Origin: Lobosporangium transversale
Lineage: Eukaryota
Length of the DNA: 64,000 nucleotides
Direction: 5' to 3'
NCBI RefSeq assembly: GCF_002105155.1
Contig: NW_019028993.1
Coordinates: forward strand, 434,001 to 498,000
Made by a program: the position numbers and the translations under genes. The notes under the pieces were generated by a model. That model was given only the letters and a program-made list of their open reading frames with translations, was not told the origin of the DNA and searched no databases. How positions within the stretch are numbered: the first letter of the stretch is position 1; every line of letters starts with the position of its first letter. Positions 49,302 to 62,039 of this stretch are shown piece after piece.

Positions 49302-50966
49302 TGTCTCTTACACTCCATGGTCTCATGGCAACACAGTCGACATAAGTGATTTCACCCGTGTAACGAGCAGGATTAACGCCTCCGAATGTGATCTCTCCTC
49401 CAGGAGATGTAGCCCTGCTCGATCCGGACGATTTCTGCAACCAGACGCCGATCATGTTCTCTGTCAATGCTGTCGTGTTCTTGAGCACATTCAAAATTGG
49501 GATGTCACTGCCGCTGGCATAGTACCACAGACCCATGATTCCATCTACGCTTCCAGGCAAACGTGCCTGGTTAGTCGTTACCACGCCTGCGATCCCTTGG
49601 AATTGCAATGAGCCGATCTTGTAAATATCCTAAGATTGATGGTGTTGATGATGATAAATGATGAGTTATAGAACATCGTTTTAGGTCGTCTGCCTTTGTT
49701 GATTTCTATAAAGGGCTTCAAAAAAAAAAAAAAAAAAAAAAAGACTTACAGCAACATAGTTGCCTCGTACACCTTGCCCGCTGACATACGAGACATTAAA
49801 TGGTGTTGTTGAAGCCCTGCATGTTCTATTCGTATTACGCATCATAATCATCAAGTCAATAAAAATAGTTAATCTCTTTGTCATTCAGACACAAAGCCTT
49901 TTTTTTTTTTTTTTTTTTTTTTCGCTTGTTTCATGGATAATAACGTACGAGGACGATGCACAATCAAACTTGTTTGTTCTGAGACATCCGCCTATCACAC
50001 ATGACTTGGCGGAGACCCAGGTGATAGGACTTCCCGTGTCAATAATCAGATTAAACTCTTGTGCTGGAGTACCAAGCCCAAGTGGAACCGCTGTCGATTA
50101 AGAAAATTAAAAATTAGACATGCAGATAGAGAAAACTTGAAAAGAGAAAAAAATAATACCAAAGAGACATGTAGCTGTCTTACTTACTATAGATGACATC
50201 ATTTTGAATGTTAGTCAAAGGTACCTTTGTGGAGGAAGCAGCACGCTTCTGGAGATATCGTTTTGTCAATGATTCTGCATTGAGATTCTCTGGATTCCTC
50301 TGAGATCGCACAGGTAAACTAAGTAAAAAAAAAAAAAATAGTGCAAACATTAGAAATTAGGCGAAGTATCTCTTTTTTTTGGTTTCCGTGCCTTGCATCC
50401 TCTCTCGCCTTCTCTTTGATATGGCAATGATCTCCTCGTTGCAATTGCTGCTAATCTGTTTAAGGACGTTGACGTTGTCTCTCTTTTAATTTATCTTTTG
50501 TTAATGTCAACGCAGTACAGGATGTATTAATTTAATGGTCTCGGGATAACCGCTTTCCAAAAATAGGAGAGCTTGTGCTAAAAAAAAAATTCTCTTTCAT
50601 CATCGCTAATTCCAATGTCTTTTTTTTTTTTTTTTTTTTGTGAATGGAGGAACTGAAGTCCTTTTCTTTTGCACAATAAAAACGATGTAGATAATCACAA
50701 ACGTTTGTAATGTATGCTGTGCATGTTTGTTTATGTATTTATTTCAACCGCCTTGTGAACCGAGCAAAGGAGAAGGAAGTCAAAGGGCAATGGCAGGCAG
50801 GGCATTGTTGAATAATCCCTCTTCCTTCTTCCAATTGAATTTTCTGTGCTGATTGAGCCTCAAGTCCAATAAATAAAAAGATATAGGGCTATATTTACGT
50901 GATAACTGAGGCAGATACAGCAGAGGAGATTGCCAGTATCAACGCTGTAGAAAGTAAGATCTTCAT
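48497..50966 (-). CDS. Secreted, probably GPI-anchored A1 aspartic protease, copy 1; 7 exons
   Basis: Signal peptide MKILLSTALILAISSAVSA, propeptide ending KR, catalytic IIDTGS and AIDTGT, DGIMGL, IGDAFL..YSVFD, a Gly/Asn linker and a hydrophobic C-terminus. Confidence 0.88.
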
Positions 50967-51143
50967 TAGGCGAGATAGAACAAAGATGTAACAACAATGT
51001 GGACTAAGGAGAGAAAGAAAGGAGAAGGGGGAGGTTGTAGGATTTGTAGAAATAATGAATTAGGACAAATATGCAGAAGAGGAAAACAAAAGGAAGAGGA
51101 AGATGGCAGAAAGATGATCCACCGTTACGAAAGGATGATCCGT

Positions 51144-51178
<35 letters not shown>

Positions 51179-51709
51179 CGCTATGTCTGATGTATTTTCT
51201 GTTGTCGCAAAGTAAGAAAGAGAGCAATAGCTAATGCGTGAAGACAGTAAGAAGAAGCGCATGGGTATGGGCATGGACATGAGAGCATGGAAAAAAAATC
51301 AATTAACTCCATAGTTGGGCATGTATCAGTTGCTGTTGTGTAATGTGTTTTAATCCACAGTTCATAATAAAGTTCATTTCAAAGCCCAAAATTGTGTCAT
51401 CATCATCCGACGTATTTTTTCGCTCTTCCCCATGTTAACATGTTAAACCACTTGTCTGCCGCCACCATTTCCTATCCTTGGTAAAAAAAAAAAAAAAAAA
51501 AAGTCTGTCATCAGATATTCAAATAGCAGTCGATAAATATTACTTTGTTGCAAGGCATCAATCGTGTAGCCTGTATTTAGCATGTAAGGACATCTTTTCA
51601 TAATTGGTGTATTGGCGAACTACACTTGGTCTTTTTATACATCTTTTATTTTAATAAGTCTTTAACGTAGACATCTCATTGATGAAGTGATACCCTTAAA
51701 TTAAAAAAA

Positions 51710-52896
51710 TTAAAGCATGGCAAATATTGCGCTGATCAAGATGAGAGCGGATGCTTGGACGGACAAAATGGGAACTCTGTTTCCTGCGGAGCTACCTTTT
51801 CCATCTTTTCCGTCTTTTCCATCTTTTCCTGAACCAGTATCTCCACCAGCACCATTACCATCTCCACCTCTGCCAGAACCATCAGATCCTCCTCCTCCTC
51901 CAGTCCCTCCAGAGACCAATTGTGCAAATCCAATTCTACCTCCACTGGCTGCATTATTCTGGAAATCATAGACTGAATACACGTTGTTTAGGAAAACATC
52001 TCCGATGATCCATTCCTCAATCACCGCAGTGGTGCCCGTTGGGAACATGGCAGCACTCAAACAATACTCTCCTTGAGAGGTCATTTGGCGAGTACTTTGC
52101 ATCGCTAGACTGGAGTAAGGAATATCGGCAGTGAAGCTTCCGAACGTTAAGGTGACGGGTGTGTTGCCAGAACAAGGGATTACCCAGATATTACCTTGAT
52201 TAATCTAGCATTTGGATAATAGAGCATATGTTCATAGATGAATGGTCTATATTAGAAAGATAAAACCAAAGGGCTATTTAAATCATAATAATGACATTTA
52301 TGTCGTTTGGAAACTTACCAGCTGTTCTGCACCAGGAATGTTTGCATGGATGGCATCAGACGCAGACTTGGGTATAAGCATCGCTGTCGAGCCTGTGTCA
52401 ATAGCAGCCATTACACCTGGTACGGGGATACTCTGTCCTTTTACAGACAATCCTGACAATGGGATCTATAGATATATCATTATCATTATTATAAAAAAAA
52501 GTGTGTTAAATTTGTAAATATAATAAAATACAAGGCCAATCTTTTTTTTTTTTTTTTTTTAACAACTTACAGTCCATGGTCGACCGGGAATGCAGTCAAC
52601 ATAAGAGATCGATCCTGTGAATCGCTTGGAATCGACACCTCCAAATGTGATCTCTCCTCCAGGTGCTGTGACAGATCCAGAAGGCGCCTTTTGCAACCAG
52701 ATCCCAATAACATTTTCTGTCAGTACAGTATCGTTCTTTAGCACGTTCAAGATTGGGATATTGCTTCCTGCTCCATAGTACCATAGCCCCATGATACCAT
52801 CGACCGTTGGGGGCATGCGAGCTTCATGAATAGTCGCAATGGCAGCAATGGCTCGAAACTTTAATGAACCGATACCATAGTTTTCCTTTTTGAAAC

Positions 52897-52927
<31 letters not shown>

Positions 52928-53151
52928 TCAACGATCACTTCAGGTTTTAAACCAAGTGCATGTAAATGAGGTACTTACTGCAACATACAGCCCTGAGACA
53001 TTGTCTCCATCGACATATTCCGCCTTGAACCTTGTGTTTGAGGCAAGGCAGGTCCTTTTGACGAGAAAGAAAATTCAAAAGTATAATGGTGGCGATGATT
53101 AATTTTCTGCTGCATTCAAAGAGTTACAGAGTGTATAAAATCTACAACAAC

Positions 53152-53185
<34 letters not shown>

Positions 53186-54026
53186 AGAGACTTACGAAGA
53201 TGCAGAACAGCTATATCGCTTGGACTTCAAGCAGGCCGCACTAATACATTCGACAGAAGATACCCATGTGTAAGGGCTGCCTGTGTCAATGAGGACATTA
53301 AAGTCTTGTGGTGGTGTACCGAGTTGGAGTGGGACAGCTGTATGAGATGGATTTGATATAATAAGATTAAATCAACTAATATGATACAAGAGAGGAAAGC
53401 ATCAAGTGAAGGAGAGAGTGAGAAGATACGTACTGTACACAATGTCTTGACGAATGCTAGTCAATGGTGCTGTTGTGAATGAAGGGGCAGCTCGCCTTTC
53501 GAGTCTCTCAAGGTATCGCTTGGTTAAGGATTCAGCGTTGAGATGCTCCTGATTTCTGTATGACTTGATAGGTAGTCTGTTGGATAGAAATAAAAAAAAA
53601 ATTGCAGCTACTGGTTAGGGAGAGTGAGAGATTTTTTCTCCATGTAAACAAACATTAAGGTCTAGACCAATAAATAAATCTATTATGTCCAGAGCCGAAA
53701 GTCGAACCAACTTTCCCCCTTCCTTCAGTGCCATCACATCTGTCGACAATGACAATGAACTTTAATGGAAACACAATCCAATGGAATGAGTAGACCGAAA
53801 AGAGAGGAAACTCATTCAATACTCCGCAGAAAAATTTCAATATCTCGTTGAAACTGCAACGTTTGCAATAGTTATTTGAATCTTGTAAAAAAAAGGAGGC
53901 ATGATAAAAAAAAAAAAAATAAAATAAAAAAAAATGATACGACGATGGTATTTACGTGATGACCGAGGCAGACACCGTTGCAGAAGAGAGCGCCAACACA
54001 AGCGCTGCTGAAAGTGAGATCTTCAT
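51710..54026 (-). CDS. Secreted, probably GPI-anchored A1 aspartic protease, copy 2; 7 exons
   Basis: Signal peptide MKISLSAALVLALSSATVSA, LIDTGS and AIDTGS, DGIMGL, IGDVFL..YSVYD, a Gly-rich linker and a hydrophobic tail. Intron positions match copy 1. Confidence 0.88.
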
Positions 54027-56642
54027 TCCTAATTCCTTGTGGATAGTGAGAAATGGAGGGATGTGCAATTGTGTATTGGAGCTGCGAAAAGAAAGAGGAA
54101 ATAGGACCTGAGTGCTCTGCGGTGTATTGGAGGGAGGTGCAGAAGAGAAAAGAGAGAAGGAAAGAGAGAAGAGAAAAAATAAGGCAAGAATGTTACAATC
54201 CAGTGAAGGAATGCACGGTGGCAAAGCATGAAAGACTCTTATAAATCCTAAAACTTTTAGTGCGGCGTTTTGTCGTAAAAGACACCAACAAACATGTATT
54301 CGACTTCTAGACAATTTACTTTTGAACACAAGTAAAGAGATCTTAAAGTGGAGGGCTCTATCGCTCTTTTTTATGGTCGACTCGACAATGTGAGCATGAA
54401 CATGGAGAACCAGATGCACAGCCCAAAGGTTAAGTGCAGATAATACGATCTGTGCACATGAATTTTAATTACTTTCTTCATGATTAACTTTAGCGTGTCC
54501 GTTGCGCAACTCAACGGCGGACCAATGCAATTCAGATTTGGTGGCGAGGAGGCTTTTTAATCTTTTTTTTTTTTTTTCCAATTGAAGCCTCATCTAGCTC
54601 CCCAACAAACCAAGTCAGGAAAAGGTAGAGGAGAACACATCACTCTCTTCACTATAATAGCTCGGACTGAAATCCCAATAACTATGCGACTCTAGACAAC
54701 GATTGCACGCAGAGGTAGGTCAGTGACAAAGAAGACTGTTGAATTGAACAGATAATATCGAGATTGTTAGAGCTGGCGCAGTCAGCGTTCGTGCTCCAAG
54801 CGAAAGATAGAAAAATATGCCAACGTAGTTATATTTCTTTTTTTTATTTTTCATAAAAATTCCGATTCGAAGCGACGTTTCAATTAACCATGAGCGGTAA
54901 ACCAGTATCAATGACGGGTACGGTTCCTAGATTCGAGGATATTTTCCCTTATAGACAATTCTGCCACTAAAATCTATATCAAAGAAATGTACAACCACGA
55001 TACAACAATAATCGAAAAAAAATAAAAATAAAAAAAAAATAAAAAAAAAAATAAAAAAAAATAAAGCTTGCCATGTCTTCGAGTAAATACAATCTATTTA
55101 GGCTGCAGGCTTCAAGCTTTTTTGAGCATGAATGCTTCCAAAGGCAAGCTCACTTGTGGTCGGCATCCGATGTTCTAGCTCTGGTATTACTATGTCCTGA
55201 GTGCTTGTTATAGCTGGATAAAGATGACGAAGAGAAGCAACGTAAAGATAAAAGGAAGGATGTGGCCAAAATAATCCAACCTCTAATGTTGAATGTTTTT
55301 TTTTACTTCGCCAGAAGTCTTCACTACTTTTATCTTCATTCGCAACATGTGTCTGTGAGAGCCCTTCCGCTTTTCCTGTGAGCAACAATCGTCTTTGATT
55401 TCTTTGTCTTTTATCCCTTTCCGTCTTTTGAGTGAATTACATCTGCTGTCAATCCCGCTGCCAGCGCTGGTGACAGATCTCCACTAATGATCATAAATTG
55501 AACAGCATCCGGAGCAGTAGTGCTGCTTTGTCAATGCACACTGGGCCCTTTGCCCTGACCCCTCCCCTTTTTCCCTCTGTATCTACCCTTACTCTTTTAT
55601 GTCTATTCCTAACGCTTCTGCGGTGACTCCTACTTCGGCTTCGGACCGCAGCTCAGATTGTCCCAGCCTCCAACGAGCTTAATAACTAGTGTGTCAACTC
55701 TTTCCTCCTTGACGGGGTACCCGTGCAGTCGCTTTGGGCAGGTTCACGCTATTCAAAGTTTAAGACCGAGCTCCTTCTCATTTGATATTTGCAAGCGATT
55801 GCATGAACTGAGTGCGCTTGGCTTACGGTCAGTCCATGTAAAAGTGAGCACATGAACCTATCCGAGTAACTAAGGCAAATCTGTCGTCATTCCCAGCATC
55901 ATCACGGCATTTTAGCGTAGGAAATAAAAAAACCTACTATCAACAGTGACACCGCAAGACCAGAAAGGATCAAATCGGGTATGAAGATGTTGGTATAAAC
56001 GGAAGGCCCCAATAATACTTCACCTGGTCAGCACCCTTGTTTTATTTCTGCAAGTGAGGGCAATCTTCTCTACTACCAAGACCTCTCTCTAACAGAAGTT
56101 CGTCATTGTTTTTTCAGTTCAGGAAATTAGGCCGCGACACAACGCTTCACAAATGAGATGGCCACATGGTGGCACCCAGGCTTTACTAGAGCCGCATTAA
56201 ACTTTTACAGGAAATAGGCCTTGATGATATGTTTCCTAATGGATGGTGTTGAACTCAATGATCGGAAAGGCCGCTTTAGACTTTGAGACAATCCAGGTGA
56301 GGACGCGCAATTACACCGTCTCCACGTGGTGCGTCATAGGCTGTCTGTTTATCTGCAGACAGGCGAGGAGTCTGGCCCTCTTTTAAATGTTTTTATCTCT
56401 TACACTCTTACTCTGAGAAGTCATTTTTGGTGAGCTTTGGAGCTTTAGAAATAAAACAATAGTGAATAATGCTTGGCGGAAGAGCAAGTAAGGATAGCCC
56501 CGCAACCACTTACACGTGAGCAGAGGTAGCGAAGTATATGTTTTCTCAAGCCAAAAATCAAGGGTTTTTTTTAATATATAATTAATTTAAAATTATTAGT
56601 CCTACACATTGTCTGAAGCAAGGACAGTTTTCGACATTTTCC

Positions 56643-56939
56643 TTAGACTTTGCGCTCGAGATCACCCTGGAGCTCGTTGGCATGGCCACGCGTCTGGGGA
56701 TCATGGTCGCCCGTTATGGAGCCGACAGTCTGTTGGACACGACCTTGAACCTTGTGGCCAGCGCCCTCGGCGTGAGTCTTGGAATATCCATCAGCTTGAG
56801 CGGCATCAGCTTGAGCCTTCTGGGAAGCTCCAGAAGAAGCAAGGTCAGGATTTCCAATGGCTTCACCAGTAGCTTTCTTGATATCCCCAATGCCTGAGTA
56901 GAGGCCATGCGAGACGCGGTCAGTGATATTGTTGGACAT
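56643..56939 (-). CDS. CsbD-like / LEA-like small stress protein (copy 2)
   Basis: 98 aa, colinear with 22083..22376 (IGNPDLASSGASQKAQAD..KTHAEG..VGSITGD..QTRGHANELQGDLER). TATAAAA on the minus strand at 57049-57055. Confidence 0.8.
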   Translation of the reverse strand: MSNNITDRVSHGLYSGIGDIKKATGEAIGNPDLASSGASQKAQADAAQADGYSKTHAEGAGHKVQGRVQQTVGSITGDHDPQTRGHANELQGDLERKV

Positions 56940-57251
56940 TTTGAGAAGTTTTGTTTAATAGAAGAGGCTTTTTTTTATTTGTGAGTGTTGAGTAGTTTGT
57001 TGTTGTTGGGAGTTGATGAAAGGAAGATGAGGGTTGTTGTAGAGTGCCTTTTATACTCCTTTTTTTATTGTTGCTAGAACACTCGGCCGAGTAACAATTG
57101 TTTTGTATTAGGACAGTAAAGACCACAGTGCCTTCATTATGATCAGTTTTATTCCAATTTTCTGCAGTGCCTCGGATATTGGCAGGGATCAATGAGACTT
57201 CACAAACAATTAACGTGACATCATAAAAACAGAACCATCACGCCAAACATA

Positions 57252-58609
57252 CAGTGCCGGCCACAATAGACTAAATGTTTTTGCTGTATGCTCAAAACGA
57301 AGTGGATTGAGGCAAAGAACTGAATGAACATAACAATATGGATAATAAACAGCATATCCAACTCTGGGTCCAATATCGTCATTCCTAGTGTCAATATGAT
57401 CAATAAATGGTAATCTAGTCACTTTGCCAATTATGTCGGTACCCTCTAAAAAGTTCTACATCTCTAGGTAATAGTGCTTATCTTTGGCTTCGTAAACCGC
57501 CTGGAGCCTTCTTAGCATGCTCTCAGTCAGTGTCCGGTAGAACTCTGGCGGAATTGAGTATCACTCCTTCTCAATGCGACTCCATAGCTCATTGCAGCTT
57601 TTGGTTGGTTCTGGATAGTTCCAAGTCTCCTCTTGAGCTATGTCCTCATGTACTCGACGAGATTTATATCAGATGATTGTGCTGGCCACATTAGAAACCT
57701 TTTAGGCTCTTCTGTTAGTCCACTGACCGCAAGTACGCCTGCATTGTCTTCGCAGCGTGCTTCCGATCGCTATCATGTTGAAAGACGAATCCGTCCTCTA
57801 CATGACTCGAGTCCCGAACAGACTGCATCAGATCCTTCCTCGGGATGCCGATGTACTTTTCTGCAGTCATGGTTCCCTCAATCCTGCAGATCCGGCCAGG
57901 TCCGTTCCATGACATGCAGTCCCATACCATGACCCTACGCCACCAAACTTCACTGCTCCTCGAACATTCCGCTCATTAATGGCTCTTTCTTGGTCATCCC
58001 AGACCCAATTCATCCTATCTGAGCAAATACGGTTGATTTTGGGCTCATCTGACCAAACGATAATCTTCCAGTCTTTTGAATCCATTCTTGATGTATAGAG
58101 TGAACTGGAGATACTTTCTCTTGTGTTGCTTCTTTAGGTAAGACTTCTTGACAACCCTTCTTGTCTTCATACTAACTCTCTTAGGGCATCTCCTGATGGC
58201 GGTGTTTGATGCAGGGCTTGGTAGTTACTTGTTGGCTTCCTTTTGAGCATCAACAGAAGATTTAAAAAGACCACGCTTGAGCCCTAGTTTAAGATGTAGA
58301 GCCATTTCGTCTCCAACCTTCCTTGGACGTCCCGCTGGCTTTCTCACGATATCTTCGATGGCATTTAGGCGGATGATCGCCACAGAAGCACGAGTCTTTA
58401 ACCAACCTTATCTGCTGGAAGGACCCTCCTTAAGGGGAGTAATAACTTCCTGATCTTAGATTAAACAGTTGGTGTCATACTTGCTTGAATGGGTGTTTGA
58501 GAAATAAATTAACGATAACGATAAAGAAAAGCGCAGAGAGTAGTTCTTTGTCTCAATCCACTTCGTTTTGAGCATACAGCAAAAACTTAGTCAATTGTGG
58601 TGGGTACTC
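57252..58609 (-). mobile_element. Tc1-like DNA transposon, full length (~1.36 kb) but decayed; TIRs 57252-57321 and 58542-58609; TA TSDs at 57250-57251 and 58610-58611
   Basis: About 70-bp imperfect inverted termini sharing GTTTTTGCTGTATGCTCAAAACGAAGTGGATTGAG, with TA on both flanks. Confidence 0.9.
57463..58478 (-). pseudogene. Frameshifted Tc1 (DDE) transposase
   Basis: Fragments AGRPRKV, WKIIVWSDE, VKFGG, MVWDCMSWNGPG, FQHDSDRKH, WPAQSSDINLVE and ESMLRRLQAV, broken by stops and frameshifts. Confidence 0.9.
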
Positions 58610-60967
58610 TATTTGTTACACAGAAGCTTTAAAAACACGTACAAACGTACAATACTTGGTGGCGTATATTATTATAGTACCAAAGGACTTTTGTTCTCCT
58701 TCTCTGGACTTCCTTCTTCCTATCATCTCCCATTACGACTACTCACTCTCTTTGTGTATTTTGATATTCTGAAATTTCCTATTATTGTTTTTTTTTTTTT
58801 TTTTTTGTTCTTCTAGAAGTGCTAGAAAACGAATGATCAAAACGCTTAAACTGGCTTCGCTCAACTGCACCTCAAAGAGTACTAGTACAATCAGGCAGTA
58901 AAGAGAACACATAGGAATGAGTAGCCATACCTTCCATGAAGTGGGGAAACGAAACTAATGATATGAGACCAAAGAAATTTCATTAAAATAGACAGAGTAT
59001 TTACGATGGAAGGACAGAAGTACAGAAGAACGATTTCTCCCTCCCGATTTGACCTCTAGGAAAGGGGAAAGGGGTAGAAAAAATAAGGAGTCTAAGAACT
59101 TTAATACATTTTTTTGTAGTGACGAAGTGTGCTAATAAATAATAGCTATTGTGCCAAACAGTGATCGTGTCTTGTCCTCCCGACACAGAAGCCGCTGAAC
59201 CAATATGACAACAATAGAAAGAAAGAAGAAAAATGTATCCAAAGCAGCATTCATAGTATCTGATTGGGGAAATTGACGCTTTGTATGGGATGTATATGCT
59301 ATGAAGTATAATCCTGCAGCTAAAAGTGAAGTTGGGAGAAAGAGATATAACAACCTAATGTGGATGAAGACGGCAGTCTATGCCAACTAATGCAGCAAGC
59401 CTGGAATGTTACACACCTGTAACAGAGGAATGGGAGAAACGCGCAGATAAAATCTTCTTGTTCCCTATTTTGTTGCCCCTTTCTCCTTGCGATTGCATTT
59501 CATTTTTTTATTTTATTTTATTTTTCTTTCAACTATTATTTATTACCCTGCCATCAATGTCGTACGAACCTACAGCAAAATCTCATTCAAACAACATCAA
59601 ATTCAAAAAGACAATAGTACAGAAGAACAAATGTTTTGGGAGTATGGAATTGATTGGTAGGTTTGCAGAGTAAAAACTGATCCATATATATCTACCTACA
59701 GGCATATCAGCGTGATGCAACAAAGCCAGAGACCTTTAAAATTTCGTAATGCGATGCAACTTGGTGCGAAAGTTGAGCATACGGCTCCTTTTTAATGAGA
59801 GTATTAAACAAACAAAATAAAATCGCGTCGCATTACTGATTCAAGTGTTTAGACGGCTCTAAAGTATAGACACCACACGATATTTGTATAGCCAATCATG
59901 GATCCATCCTGTGCATAGTCTAGTAGGACCGCCTCATTAGGTTTGCCATTAATTGCACATCGAACGAGGGATGCACCCCTGAGCTTCTGTTATAGGAAGG
60001 GTGAAAGAAGAGATGTTGGTAAAAAAATAAATAGAGGGCCTTGCGTCATTGAAAACAGAAATAAACAAACGCGGTAGAACCTGTTACAGCTCTTTGATGG
60101 GAATGCAGCATGGTGCATCCGGCCTAATCAAAGTAGCCAAGATGGCTGTTCTTCTTAAAAAAGGCTTATTAATTCGTAAGACAAATGGAAGCAATGTTGC
60201 GATAAAAGCCAAGCGAGAGAGCGACATGCGACGCATCTATCACTCACCACCTTGATGGACTGGAACCAGTTCTCCTCTTTTTGTCTCTGTTCTTTTTCAC
60301 TTTGGCTACATCCCCTTTTTCTAAATCTAAGCAGAAATAGCATGATACATCTGCCATGATCTCTCTGTCCATCAACTCATATCAGTACCCTCCCCTTTCT
60401 TCTGATACGCTCGTTCTCTGTTTTACCTTTCTACCTCCTTTCCTCTCCCAAAACTGTAGCCTTGCTCTCCTTTACTCTACAGCATTTGTTGTTTATTTAT
60501 CTCTGTCTCTGGTGTATTTCTCAGCCTAGACAATCAGCTAATCAATAGAGCACAGATTTCACCGTTTTCCAAAGTGATAGTATGCTGCTCAAAAAGCCAT
60601 TTACCGCTTATTTTTTTATGGCTGCATCACACAGGCTTTCAGTGTTGCAAAGCCCTTCCAAAGGATGTCTTTGATCGCAGGCCATCAAGGCAACATATCG
60701 GGACCAGTTGAGGATACTAGTGCGGTTGTCATTTTCCTTAAGCTCATCTACACTTTATTCCTATTTGCTTGTCGAGGCTAAGCGAGATTTATGTTTCTTC
60801 CACACGTGCCCACTCCCTGTTGATTTCCCAGACGTCCACAGTAAGAACCAAAGCAAACCAAAAGAGTCTTTGATACTTTACTCCATTTCCACCTTGGATC
60901 AGCATTTACATCTTTCTTTCCATTCTTTGATTAAACTATTCTTTCTCTCTCCTTCTCCGTCTCTTCT

Positions 60968-61007
60968 CTTCCTCTTCCTCTTCCTCTTCCTCTTCCTCTT
61001 CCTCTTC
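60968..61007. repeat. (CTCTTC)n hexamer microsatellite in a pyrimidine-rich tract
   Basis: About 6-7 visible tandem units. Confidence 0.8.
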
Positions 61008-61996
61008 CCTTTTTCTTTTCCTTTGTTTTCTCTCTTTTACATCTCATTTATTCAAGGTATCTGCTTCATTCCAACTGTCTTTTTTATCATTCCTCCTTGT
61101 CCTCCGAACCCTTTTCCTCACACCCTTGTTTTTATCTGCGTGTTTTCTTTTCTTTTTCTTTTTTTTTACATCCTTTGGCTCATCCATTGCTTGGCTCCAT
61201 AGTTCACTTGATCCTTGCTTTATAAGCAGACACCAATAAGAAAAAGCACAACTCGAAGCAGCAGGTAGAGCAACATTTTTTTCTTAAAGACATACATTCT
61301 TGCTTTCCTCTCGCTCTCTTTTTTTGCTTGGGACCGTTTATATCATGCTCAGTTTTAACGTTGAACAGCTTTGAAGAAGAATACTGGTCAACGCAGGAGA
61401 ACTACATTTTCCTCTATGACTTTTCCAATCTCTTATTATCCATTCCTTCTGGTTCTTTTTTTTTTTTTTTTTTTTTTTTTTGCTCCTCTTCTTGACCACA
61501 AAACATTCATCGAATCTCCTTCTCTGTTTCATTTGAGTCCTACCAAAAGACACCTTGATCTTCTTTTGTCCCTACCTTCTTCAGCCTATTCCTCTTTTCT
61601 TTTTTTTTTAAGCGCCCAGGATTCAATTGTCTGTATTCATATTCGAACTGTAAATCATTCAAACATTAAGTAACACAATAACACCTCATATAAAAAAATA
61701 AGTTTGATGTTCTCTTTATTTTTTCCTTTTCAAAGGTCTGCTTATTCTGATTGGGGGCTTTGTTTAAAATTTTTTTTTTTTTGCACTATTTACGCGACAG
61801 GATATTTGTGGAACATTCGCTTTTTAGTGTAATGCAATCATTGAACATCTGTACATCTGTGAGAGAATGTTTTGCTTGGGGGAAAAGGAGGGGGTGAAGT
61901 GTGCCATGGCCCATGGTTCAATATCCATCCAAATTGAACGCATGCAAATTGCGCCAATCAGACAGCTCCTTTTCATCTGATGCAACCAAACAGCGA

Positions 61997-62039
<43 letters not shown>

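Noticed and set aside
55690..55830. Possible decayed Zn2Cys6 motif on the minus strand (CNR-CKYQMRR...)
   Set aside because: It requires two frameshifts and reading two stops as Cys. That is too many edits to support without a search.
60708..61673. Phe/Leu-rich ORFs (also 34693-35352 and 6700-7177) resembling membrane proteins
   Set aside because: They are translations of pyrimidine tracts and homopolymers with non-coding character.
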